This document shows, one piece after another, positions 33,901 through 42,602 of a stretch of 64,000 bases of DNA (positions are counted from its first letter, which is position 1; the number at the start of each line of letters is the position of its first letter). Source of the DNA: an uncultured delta proteobacterium. GTDB lineage: Bacteria > Desulfobacterota > Syntrophobacteria > Syntrophobacterales > Syntrophobacteraceae. The notes under the pieces are model-generated. The model did not search any database and was not told the origin of the DNA. It worked only from the letters and a program-made list of their open reading frames with translations. A program made the position numbers and the translations under genes. The stretch spans positions 32,001-96,000 of the forward strand of contig CAWEHK010000021.1 in the NCBI GenBank assembly GCA_963808625.1, written 5' to 3'.

Positions 33901-35683
33901 CCGGAGTGAATGAGTCTCTCAGGGAGGCGACGATTTCCGCGATGCTCATCAGGCGGCAGAACCGAAGCAGCTCGAGGACCTTTTGGGGCGTTCCCTCCTT
34001 TGCTTTATCGGTGATGGGCGTCAAGGTCTTTGCCGGGATCTTGCCGAAGACAACCCTGCTCATGGTTGTGTGGCCGACGACAATGAGCAGGATCTCCTGC
34101 AGTTGCTCCCGCGAAAAGTCGTAGAGAGACAGCTTCGGCAGGTTCTCCAGAACCGGAGTGGTCCGGCCTTCGATGTTTTCCGGGTTGAGAATATCCCGGA
34201 TTCTTTCAAGTTTTGGAATTTGACCGAGGAGTTGCGCGACGGTGCGGAAGCTCTCATTTTTGGTCAGGAACGGATTACTGAGGCGGGCCTGCTCCAATTC
34301 CGGCAGTTTGGTCAAGCGGTGATCGCGGATTTGGAGCAGCGCTCTCAGCACATCCAGGAGATATTGAAACGAATTGCGGTATTCGGCGACCAGCGAAAGC
34401 GCACAACCCTGCATCCCCGTCGGGTGGAGTTCCCTTTCCAGGTCCGGGACCGAGACTGCCGGCTGACGGCGCTCGCCGACGAAAACCAGGATGCTTTCGG
34501 GAAGCTCGCCTTCCAGTTCAAGGCGTTCCTTCCATTGCTCGTGGGGATGCTTGGAAACCCTGCGCCGTAAATACCTCGCCGCAAAGTAGGGCCCAAAAAG
34601 CAGTTTCCATTGCTTTTCAGGATCTTTCATCTGGGTTCGGTGCCATCTCCGGTTGAGATGAGGCAGGGCGTTGATGGCCTCGAGGGAGAGCTGATCGGGG
34701 CTCTCACGGCCGAGCAACCGCTTCCGGTGAGGTTCAAAAAGAGCAAATTTATTCAGGTAATAATGCAAGTCTGAGAGATAGATTTCAAGTTCCGGTTGTC
34801 CGGGATCTCCGTAATAGCGTTTCCTCGTTTTGAAAATGTGGGAAAACAGGAGAAAGCTCCTGAGTTCCTCGTCGGATTTGAAGCGGACGGGGCAGGGGCG
34901 GTCTTCCAGGGGATCAAAGGCGTGCGAGAGGAGCAGCAGCCGGCCGCCCGGTTTCAAGAGATCGTGGATTTTCCCTGCCAGGTAGGCTGAAAAAGCCGGC
35001 AGCCGCTGCCGATGTGCCGGTTGCCTGACCCGCCTGGGAAGCTTCTGTTCCAGGAGATATTCAAAAGGGTCCTTGGGAAGGATGACCACATCGAGCGGAA
35101 TCCGCCAGGAGCTGAGACTGTCGAGGGACTCAAACAGAAACATCCGGTGCGCCGACAGTCGCGCCGTCAGTTCATGGACCAGCAAATCGTGGCTTCTTGT
35201 GAGCAGGCCGATGTCGAGTCGCTCCGTCCGGGTTTCGAAAATGAACTGGATGATCAGCCTTTCAATCTCGTCGGCGGTGCTCGTGATCTCCCGGAGGGAT
35301 TGCGCCACCAGATTGATCGGGATGAGGTAATAGCTCTTCCCGGTGTGGCTAAAGCGGATGAGCAGCCCAAGCTTTTGAAAAATCGCGTTCAGTCTTCTGG
35401 CCTGCCGACCAACGACTTGCGCATCCTGAAGGTCCAGGCCTTCCAAAAAGGCCGTGTCAGAAGCACTCAACGCCCCCTGTTCGACCACGCCGAGGCCATA
35501 GGCGTTGCCTCCAAAACGACTGGGGAGGAAGGTGGGGTGGTCCTCAGCAGCGAAGGTCCCCATGGGCACATCCTCGGGATCGATCCCCAGGCGCGCATAG
35601 TCCTCAGGATCGAGCAACCGGAAGTTCGTTCGATGCCGGTCGAACGGCGGCCTTTGTTGAGAAAGCAACTTGTCTGGCATCAT
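30947..35683 (-). CDS. Large hypothetical protein (1578 aa)
   Basis: Uninterrupted 4.7-kb ORF. Only weak methyltransferase-like (LLKPGGRLLL) and HD-like (MAALLFQEIG..VRYHG) segments. Confidence 0.8.
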   Translation of the reverse strand: MMPDKLLSQQRPPFDRHRTNFRLLDPEDYARLGIDPEDVPMGTFAAEDHPTFLPSRFGGNAYGLGVVEQGALSASDTAFLEGLDLQDAQVVGRQARRLNAIFQKLGLLIRFSHTGKSYYLIPINLVAQSLREITSTADEIERLIIQFIFETRTERLDIGLLTRSHDLLVHELTARLSAHRMFLFESLDSLSSWRIPLDVVILPKDPFEYLLEQKLPRRVRQPAHRQRLPAFSAYLAGKIHDLLKPGGRLLLLSHAFDPLEDRPCPVRFKSDEELRSFLLFSHIFKTRKRYYGDPGQPELEIYLSDLHYYLNKFALFEPHRKRLLGRESPDQLSLEAINALPHLNRRWHRTQMKDPEKQWKLLFGPYFAARYLRRRVSKHPHEQWKERLELEGELPESILVFVGERRQPAVSVPDLERELHPTGMQGCALSLVAEYRNSFQYLLDVLRALLQIRDHRLTKLPELEQARLSNPFLTKNESFRTVAQLLGQIPKLERIRDILNPENIEGRTTPVLENLPKLSLYDFSREQLQEILLIVVGHTTMSRVVFGKIPAKTLTPITDKAKEGTPQKVLELLRFCRLMSIAEIVASLRDSFTPEHSRELFHLYNAAVAVATDPWLGWENLHDLQISALGGVQNMAIREMMKFFNLFEFLDDWQDLMRKDQFAREVACDYEPEKLQQLEEALELSGWAADFNRRFLRGDLFGQANFFRQFLETEFHGTGKLFPALGAKAGFLLLWIAVIASERRLVNFNPMLAGMPQDRLEARIAKIKATLLQIPQEKLAPTHLDRIRRTLAEGLPAFVPGTGLRLTNNAVTRAVDLSFVDVEEDIQQLEGLLGHFERQKLSTISLRHLKELERLFSELESFNRYLQRHAGREEEPSAGPHGMAGRPDTAGSSIDEIECRLKRIMQNHILVPEEIYDTVNSLAMHCPEIFRFVLPELHALGNLGDERRAPHQESLADGVMRGLLKFQALVRKDRNAFQDRNIFYQLAKEEFGPLAEEGTGVTHFQLDILEHLVESMQQRPMLLQALMAALLFQEIGEVDQYAARLPESDRLRTSAERGAMFLEQTNILEQHHIDPQVGGLAILLVRYHGLFGRVLRGEEPIPALEWVTAGQDEHILDAFVLQAVLNAAAAREGLLVADLLDGYLNYRATGHHLIRTKSNWQAWLEEALVEKGKAVMPEFCFPEWCVMGEGAAVNHARDTSRDENQHDFLRQGRQAAALERLLKLLGITWVDFQDLQMFLKKMPVTFIYYKKKLKSVGMAAFEAQLHEAVKTVEVISALPSNAQSGLLCGLDHLGGGVRVHDYHTLPAFLDLEASIKLLLLSMRVYEQHFGPEAKNCLILFGPLNRKIERVHAALQRDLRHSPFPESNGAAGRSPGKPDQEPGGIHFEVNTTDRVIRVDYRYTVPIDLMVGSLATIWDREALDRRYHELVEELRQKLPFDAKDFEDALQGALQEQQKKISDRALAVLQERLASVRSFSEFGELEQELERQQAELSFSEEQRFLLKEMFEFHRFRMRDRYLESIEQRISAFHSAEELVAYWNSLKYELFSYRTYLGKEYESLIAQFIAQKLDAMRSGMAE

Positions 35684-35739
35684 CTCAATCCAAAAAACTC
35701 TTTGGCAGAAAGCTTCTGTCAGCTTATAAGGGGAGTGCT

Positions 35740-35793
35740 GAAGTCAGAAGTCAGAAGACGGAAGTGGGAAGCCGGAGGTCTGGAAGTCGGAAG
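35740..35793 (+). repeat. Degenerate heptamer tandem repeat (GAAGTCA-type)
   Basis: GAAGTCA GAAGTCA GAAGACG GAAGTGG GAAGCCG GAGGTCTG GAAGTCG GAAG. Confidence 0.7.
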
Positions 35794-35889
35794 AACCGAT
35801 TAGCCGGGCATCCGATCCCGCCAGAGCGGGACCCGCTGATCTCTGACCCCATGTTGCACCCCATCACATCATCCAAGGAACGCTCCGTC

Positions 35890-36354
35890 ATGGCCGGCGC
35901 TTCATTCTCTTTACTTATAGCGCAACTGGGAGGATTGGGTAAGGCCCCATTTGCCCCGGGCACGGTCGCAACGATTGTTGCGGGAATCCCGTCGGCCTGC
36001 CTGTTGAGCCTGGTCAGCAAACCGTGGGCACTCCTGCTGCTGGCGCTTCTTTTCGTTTCCAGCTGCTATGCGGCAGACGCGGCGGAGCGCGAACTGCAGA
36101 AAACCGATCCGGGAGAAGTGGTTATCGATGAGCTCGTTGGGTTCCTGATTACCCTGTTCGGGTTCCCGCTCACTCCCCAGGCCCTCCTGTTGGGGATTGT
36201 GAGCTTTCGCCTGTTGGACATTTGGAAACCATGGCCCGTCAAAATTTTTCAGGAACGACTCAAAGGCGGCGTGGCCATCGTCATGGATGACGTGGCGGCG
36301 GGCATCATGGCGCACGCACTCGTCTGGGTCGGGCTCAAAATATGGGTTAGATGA
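35890..36354 (+). CDS. pgpA: Phosphatidylglycerophosphatase A
   Basis: APFAPGT, DPGEVVIDELVG, FRLLDIWKPWP and GGVAIVMDDVAAG. The start could be 35851. Confidence 0.92.
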   Translation: MAGASFSLLIAQLGGLGKAPFAPGTVATIVAGIPSACLLSLVSKPWALLLLALLFVSSCYAADAAERELQKTDPGEVVIDELVGFLITLFGFPLTPQALLLGIVSFRLLDIWKPWPVKIFQERLKGGVAIVMDDVAAGIMAHALVWVGLKIWVR

Positions 36355-36615
36355 GGCAAATGCCGATGTGGAGTATCTGCGCACAGCCGCTAGCCAGATA
36401 ACCGAAGCTAAACCCAAAAAACCACAAGAAAGAAACACCCCAAACCTTAACCAAGGAAAAACGGGGTCAGCGGGTCTGTCAGAGCTCTCCGAGTGCCTTG
36501 AAGCATAGGGAGATCCGTCTTCTGCCAAAACCATCTTCTTGCATGATAGAATGGTCTTGGTTACAAGTGGATTTTACCGGTCGGAATCGAATGATTTCAG
36601 CAATGAGGTGAATCG

Positions 36616-37704
36616 ATGCGGCAGTTGAGGAGATGGGTTTCTATTGGTTTGGTTGTCTTCCTTGGATGCAGCTTTGGGGCTGGTGCGGCCTGCGGGCTGA
36701 CCGAGGACGAGCGGAACAACATCGACATTTATCAGAAGCTGGCGCCGGGGGTGGTGAACATCACCAGCACCACGCTCGAGCATGACTTCTTTTTCAACGC
36801 CGTCCCCCGGCAAGGGGCCGGGTCCGGGTCCATCATCGACCCTCGGGGCTACATCCTGACGAATCATCATGTCATCGAAGACGCTCGCAAGCTTGAGGTG
36901 ACGCTTGCAAACGGCAAGAAATACAGTGCGAAACTGATCGGCTCCGATCCCGACACGGATGTTGCGGTCATCAAGATCGAGGCCCGCAGGGAAGACTTGA
37001 CGTTGATCCCGATGGGATCCTCCGACAATCTCAAAGTGGGACAGAAGGTCATCGCCATCGGCAATCCCTTCGGCCTGGGGCAGACCCTCACCACGGGAAT
37101 CATCAGCATGGTGGGGCGGACCCTCCGCGCCTCGAGCGGGACCCTGGTTGAAGACATGATTCAAACCGACGCTTCCATTAATCCCGGCAATTCCGGCGGG
37201 CCCCTGATCGATTCCGGCGGCAAGATGATCGGCATCAACACCGCCATTTTCAGCCCCACGGGTGCGAGTGTCGGCATTGGCTTCGCGATCCCCGTCGATG
37301 TCGCAAAACGAGTCATCAATGAACTGATCGATAAGGGCTATTACAGCTATCCGTGGCTGGGGGCCACCTTGCTGACGCTCTCTGCGAACCTTGCCGAGGC
37401 CCTCAAGCTGCCGGTGCGAGAGGGCGCCATGGTCATCGAAGTTGCCCCCCGAAGCCCCGCTGCCAAGGCCGGCCTTAAGGAAGGGACCTCACGGGCGCAG
37501 ATCGGCAACTACATTGTGATCGTCGGCGGAGATATCATTACCAAAATCGATGACCAGCCGGTTTCGGATGCCGATTCGGTGATCCGCAGGATTCGTAAGT
37601 CTCGCCCGGGGGATCGGGTGCAAATGGAAATCCTGCATTGGGAAGGCGGCCGGAGCAAGGTTACCGTGGTGCTGGGAGAACAGCCGAGGAGCGGGCGTAA
37701 GTAG
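36616..37704 (+). CDS. HtrA/DegQ-like serine protease with one PDZ domain
   Basis: LTNHHV, DVAVIK and INPGNSGGP triad; signal peptide; SD GAGGTG. Confidence 0.92.
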   Translation: MRQLRRWVSIGLVVFLGCSFGAGAACGLTEDERNNIDIYQKLAPGVVNITSTTLEHDFFFNAVPRQGAGSGSIIDPRGYILTNHHVIEDARKLEVTLANGKKYSAKLIGSDPDTDVAVIKIEARREDLTLIPMGSSDNLKVGQKVIAIGNPFGLGQTLTTGIISMVGRTLRASSGTLVEDMIQTDASINPGNSGGPLIDSGGKMIGINTAIFSPTGASVGIGFAIPVDVAKRVINELIDKGYYSYPWLGATLLTLSANLAEALKLPVREGAMVIEVAPRSPAAKAGLKEGTSRAQIGNYIVIVGGDIITKIDDQPVSDADSVIRRIRKSRPGDRVQMEILHWEGGRSKVTVVLGEQPRSGRK

Positions 37705-37893
37705 TGGCCAGTGGTGAGTGGTGAGTGATGAGTGACGAGTGGTGAGTAATCACTGGTCAGTAAAGAAAGCCGAGAATAGCAGCGAGGGAGTGTGTTCACT
37801 GATGGCGAACTGCATGCGGAGCATAGGACCGAGTCGACCTTGTGGGTTCCTGACCACTCATCACTCATTACTGACCACTGATCACTGACCACT
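37703..37893. repeat. Two complementary heptamer arrays (AGTGGTG-type at 37703-37761; CTGACCA-type at 37850-37893)
   Basis: The arrays are approximate reverse complements of each other and lie between convergent genes. Confidence 0.75.
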
Positions 37894-37915
37894 CCTCAAG
37901 ACCCACCGCGGGCCT

Positions 37916-39332
37916 TCAGCGGGCGATACCACCCGCATTTCGGTCATTCTTCAGAGTAATCAGAAGGACTTCTCCCTGGGTCCAGAAGCGGACGGGCGCC
38001 CCGGAGACGCCCGCACCGCAACTGGTGTAGCCAAGCATGCCGTCATATTTCCACGGCCCGTAGAGAAAGCGCCGAGGGGCCGAGCTGTGAGTGAAGACGG
38101 CACCCAGGAAAGGGAGCTTGAATCTGCCCCCCATGAGTGTGCCCGCAAAGATAGAGATGGGGATGGTACGGGGCAGCTTCCCGATAGATTTCGTTGGAGT
38201 GGGCGACAAAGATGCTGAACGATCCTTTCGGCACATCAGCAAAGGCCGATTCCAAGTCATGGCATTTAAAATAGTGCGGATCATCCACCCCGGCGATCCA
38301 GATCTTCTCGCCATCGCGCTCGATTGCCGTTGAATCATTAATGAGCACCGTGATCCCGAGTTTCTCGAGCGGTTCCATCATCTCGAGGCAATCGTGATTC
38401 CCCATTACCGCGACCATACCGTCCCGGGCCTGAATTTCCGGGAGCAGGCGGCGGAGTCGGGCGAGCGCTTCGGTAAAAGGTCCATGATGGTCCATCCGGA
38501 GATCGCCACCGAGAATGCAGAGGTCCACGGAGTGCCTTCGCACCAGGGCCTGCAGCCGTTCCGTGAGGCCATCCAGACCATCGAGGTGAAGGTCCGAGAG
38601 GAAGAGAATGGTATAGTTGTTAAAGCCGGCCGGCAAATCTGAGAAGTGGAAAGCGATATGTGTGGTTTTCAGCTCGAGCGCATTGCGCTTGCCCTTTTCG
38701 TAAACGCCCATCAAACGCAGAACGGTTTTCATCACCACATGGTAATAGAAGGCATCTTCGAAGTTTAGGAAGTAGCGTAAGGGCGCCGACGTGATCTGGC
38801 AGGACCGAAACTCCTTCAACCGCACCCGAGGCCGAAGCAGGCGTGGATAATTGGGGAATGGAATCGCCAGCAGGACCCGGTTCAGAAAGAGCGATCCAAA
38901 AAACGCCCCGAGACTGAATAGTAGAACCAGGACCAGGACATCAGCGGCACTCAGTGAGCAATAAGGGGCGAGCACCACGAATGGAAGCAGGCCTTCGAAG
39001 CCCTGGTCCAGGACGGGCACAATATCACCACTGGCGATCCCCAACCGCCGCTTGATGAAGCTCGAGATGAGGTCCCCGGCCATCGCCAGAAGACCTGCTC
39101 CCAAACCCAGCCACCATGGAAACCCAAAGCACAATCCTGCCAGCGCTCCGGCCCCCACCCCCCCCAAAAGGCCGCGAAAGGTTTTGTGAGATCCGAAAAG
39201 GGGTTTGCCGTCACGCAGGCGATAACCCAGATCGACAGGGGTATTCCCTTTGTCCTCGAAGAAAAAGGTCAGGAGAGGTGGGGCAAAATTAACCGCCCAC
39301 AGCAGGATCAGTATTTTCACTAAGAGCCACAT
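37916..39332 (-). CDS. CDP-archaeol synthase-like (CarS/DUF46) domain fused to a metallophosphoesterase (frameshift near 38110)
   Basis: NFAPP..PVDLG..DGKPLFGSHKTFRG..GDLISSFIKRRLG..LDQ, followed by SDLH, GGD, GNHD and GHTHGGQ. Confidence 0.82.
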
Positions 39333-39363
39333 GAACAGAAAAGGAGTGGCAGGGCGCCGGGGA

Positions 39364-40677
39364 TCACTCCATAAACGTCCTCAGGCAGGCCTGTCGGTTA
39401 GGGTTGCGGAGTTTCCTCAGAGCTTTTTTTTCAATCTGACGAATGCGCTCTTTGGAGACCTTAAAGGTCCTGCCGATCTTTTCCAGAGTTTCGGCCGGCT
39501 GCCCGTCAATACCAAAACGAGCCCGCAGGATCTTCTCTTCCCGTGGTTGGAGGGTGGACAAGAGCTCGCGAGTCAGCTCGGCAAGTTCTCTGCCGGAGCA
39601 CTCTTCAAGAGGGGATACCGCCTTTTCATCCTCGATAAAGTCCCCCAACCGCTGTTCATCATCGCCGATGGGAGTCTCGAGCGAGATGGGCTGAGCCGCC
39701 AGGGTCAATACCATCTGCACTTTTTCCAGCGGCAGGTTGGCCCGCTCGGCAATTTCCTGCGGTGTCGCTTCCCTTCCCAGCTCTTTCAGAAGCTCATAAA
39801 AGACCTTAAAGAAAAGGTTCTTCAGCTCAATAAAATGCACCGGCAACCGGATCGTGCGGGTCTTGTCATAAATCCCCCTGATAATGCTCTGTCTCACCCA
39901 CCAGGTTGCATAGGTGCTAAACCGGTTACCCTTGGTGTGGTCAAAGCGCCCCACGGCCTTGAGCAAACCCAGGTTGCCTTCCTGAATCAGGTCGTCAAAA
40001 CTCATGCCGCGGCCCCGGTAGCGCTTGGCGATGCTTAAAACCAGGCGCAGATTGGCCTTGACCATCTCCTGCTTCGCCCCATCGACGGCATTCAAGATCG
40101 CCCTGATGCGAGCCAGCAGCTGCCCATAATAGTCGTGGTCCGGCTGCTCCTGGACCGCTCGTTCCAAGGTGCGCAAAATTACCTTGAGAATCTTGTCCCT
40201 CACGCCGGGAAAGGTTTTCTCGTGACTGACCAGTTTCCTTACTTTGGACAACAGTTCTCGAATGAGTTCATCGTGGGGAGCAAATTCCTCGATGAGCTGC
40301 ACCAGTTGTTCCTGGCCTCGACGAATGGTCTGTGCCAGCACCACTTCGCGCTCTTGCGTCAAAAGCGGATAGCCGGCAACCTCTCTCAGGTAGCAGGTAA
40401 CGTGGTCCTCGTCGAAATCTTCGGCAACTGCCGGCTCGCCATTGGACACGTCGGGCTCAAAACCTTCCGCCGCTGCGGATCGCAGCCGATCCAAGACATC
40501 TTCAAATTCCGTTTGTTCCTGGTCTTCATCAAGCGGACGGCCAAGCGCCAGCTCCGTTTCCGTACAGGCCTCTTCCAAATCCTCCTCCTCGCCTGGATCT
40601 CTGTACTTTTTTCGTGATTCCCTTCGGCCAAAATGGTAATCGAAAGGAACGCACTGTTCAGATCCGTATGCCTTCAT
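39364..40677 (-). CDS. RpoD/RpoS-family sigma-70 factor (short region 1.1, probably non-primary)
   Basis: YLREV, ANLRLVLSIAK, DLIQEGNLGL, FSTYATWW, TIRLPVH and KERIRQIE. Confidence 0.9.
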   Translation of the reverse strand: MKAYGSEQCVPFDYHFGRRESRKKYRDPGEEEDLEEACTETELALGRPLDEDQEQTEFEDVLDRLRSAAAEGFEPDVSNGEPAVAEDFDEDHVTCYLREVAGYPLLTQEREVVLAQTIRRGQEQLVQLIEEFAPHDELIRELLSKVRKLVSHEKTFPGVRDKILKVILRTLERAVQEQPDHDYYGQLLARIRAILNAVDGAKQEMVKANLRLVLSIAKRYRGRGMSFDDLIQEGNLGLLKAVGRFDHTKGNRFSTYATWWVRQSIIRGIYDKTRTIRLPVHFIELKNLFFKVFYELLKELGREATPQEIAERANLPLEKVQMVLTLAAQPISLETPIGDDEQRLGDFIEDEKAVSPLEECSGRELAELTRELLSTLQPREEKILRARFGIDGQPAETLEKIGRTFKVSKERIRQIEKKALRKLRNPNRQACLRTFME

Positions 40678-41030
40678 CAGAGTTTCCTCCGGTCAGAGCC
40701 CCCATTGCGTGCCTAATGCTACGCACGGCATGAGCCCCCACCAACAAAACTTTCCCCCGATGCTCTTCAGCCAACTCGTAAAGTTTGCTAAAAAGGGTTT
40801 TTTATATCACAGTCACAACAGGAAAATAAGCATATATGTGGTCGCGGTCAATTCTTTCTACCGACTCCACCAGCAGCCCACTCCGGACACCGCTCCCACG
40901 CTGTCCTTTGCCGGGGCAGTACCCGCACAGCACCTGGCTGCGCGCCAACTGCCACGGGCGTTACCCTGCTCTCCCTATCTGCTATACTCGTTAGCCATCG
41001 AAAAGGTTACATTCTCACTGAAAAATTTCA

Positions 41031-42017
41031 TCAAATGTGCATCTCCACCACGTCGCCATCCTGGAGCAGGTAATCTTTTTGCACCATTTGACCATCAAAG
41101 ACCGATGTCCCCCAGATCTTTGCAAATTTTAGTTTGCTCACAAAATCCTTATGAATCTTGCCGGCCAATTCTTCCAGCGTTGTCCTTTTCGGTAAAACAA
41201 AGGGCGCCGCCCTGTTGGGCTCTTTACCAGGGACCTTGGTATAGACGCGAATGATTGCCGAAAGCTCGTAGAGCAATTGCAGCAAACCCTTGAGATTGCT
41301 TCCCGCACGCAAGGAGACCCCAATGCTGGGCAACGGCACGTCCGCAAGCTCCAGGAAAGCCTGGTAGTCCTCCAAATGGTTTTCGTTGTCCACTTTATTT
41401 ACCACAACGAGGACTTTCTTGATGAACGGCGGTTTCTTGAGATCTGCCGGCACCGGAAATCCTTCCGGGAAAATGCGCAATTCCTGGAGTACTGCCAGGG
41501 TTTCCTCGAGCTGCTGCAGGGGATCATCGTGGAGGTCAACCATCACCAGTAGCATATCCGCACGCCGCATCAGGTCAGCCATCCAGGGGTCCAGGTAATC
41601 CCTGGTGATGGGAGGCGTGTCCACCAGTTGGAATTGGATATTTTCATACGGTGCCATGCCGGGCGTGGGTTTCCACGTAGTATGAGGGAACTCGGCCACC
41701 TCCGGGCTGGCATTGGTCAGAGCTCTAACCAGAGCGGATTTACCCGTATTGGGCGCACCGATCACGGCGATTTGAGCCGCACCTTCTTTTTCGATCACGT
41801 AAGCGGCGTCGCGCCGCGCCCCGCCCTTCTTTTGTTGGGCCTCTTCTTTGAGCTTCGCGATACGGCGCCGGAGGTCCGCCCGCAGCTTATCCGTGCCCTT
41901 ATGTTTGGGCATGATGGTCAGCATTTCCTCCAAAGCCTCGATCTTGGATTCCGGGGTCTTCGCTTCACGAAAGCGCTTTTCAGCATCAAAATACATGGGC
42001 GGCAAATTAGCCGGCAT
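41031..42017 (-). CDS. DRG/OBG-like GTPase with C-terminal TGS domain
   Basis: MPANLPP, PKHKGT, GAPNTGKS, DTPP, NKVD and LQDGDVVEMH. Confidence 0.88.
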   Translation of the reverse strand: MPANLPPMYFDAEKRFREAKTPESKIEALEEMLTIMPKHKGTDKLRADLRRRIAKLKEEAQQKKGGARRDAAYVIEKEGAAQIAVIGAPNTGKSALVRALTNASPEVAEFPHTTWKPTPGMAPYENIQFQLVDTPPITRDYLDPWMADLMRRADMLLVMVDLHDDPLQQLEETLAVLQELRIFPEGFPVPADLKKPPFIKKVLVVVNKVDNENHLEDYQAFLELADVPLPSIGVSLRAGSNLKGLLQLLYELSAIIRVYTKVPGKEPNRAAPFVLPKRTTLEELAGKIHKDFVSKLKFAKIWGTSVFDGQMVQKDYLLQDGDVVEMHI

Positions 42018-42183
42018 CGCTTTTTCTCCCGCAGCCAAGAACCTTTACCATCAAGCTCGTACCCTTCATGAAAGATGAATGGTGTCGGAATTATTGCCAA
42101 CCATCGGCAGAACTATTATAAGGCTTTACCAGGTAAAATTTTTCAGAAAAGAAAATCACCGGGACCCAAGGGAAGAAAAATCT

Positions 42184-42354
42184 ATGAAATGTCTCCAGTG
42201 CGAGGAAGATCTGCAGCTGCTCCGGACCTGACGCGAAGTCTACTGGCACTGCCGGGCATGCAGCGCCAACTACCGGCTCAAGGACTTGTGGGAAACCCTT
42301 GGCGACGACCTGGAGGAGTCGCTCGCCCGGTGCCGGGTAGACCTTTTGGGTTAG
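42184..42354 (+). CDS. Small dual-CXXC selenoprotein (56 aa; Sec at TGA 42229-42231); absent from the ORF track
   Basis: MKCLQCEEDLQLLRT-U-REVYWHCRACSANYRLKDLWETLGDDLEESLARCRVDLLG*. A SECIS-like hairpin follows at 42244-42268. Confidence 0.8.
42244..42268 (+). promoter_or_regulatory. Putative bacterial SECIS element
   Basis: TGGC-A-CTGC [CGGGCAT] GCAG-C-GCCA. The loop starts 21 nt after the UGA and has G at position 2. Confidence 0.7.
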
Positions 42355-42602
42355 GAACCGTCGAAGACAAGTATTACAGAACCTGCGGATCATGGGCCGG
42401 CGCATAAAGGCCCACATAGTAGATATTCGAATGTTAGTGCTCGACTCCCCAGGGTGGCGTAGCGCTGACCCTGGGATAATTTATATCGAGTTCCTTCAGG
42501 GCAGTGAAGTTAGCTTGATACATATGGGGTTAAACCCCTCCCAAATGTCCAACGATTAGTTATTGGACAATTGCTTGGGAAAGCAGAGAATCTCCAGGTC
42601 TG

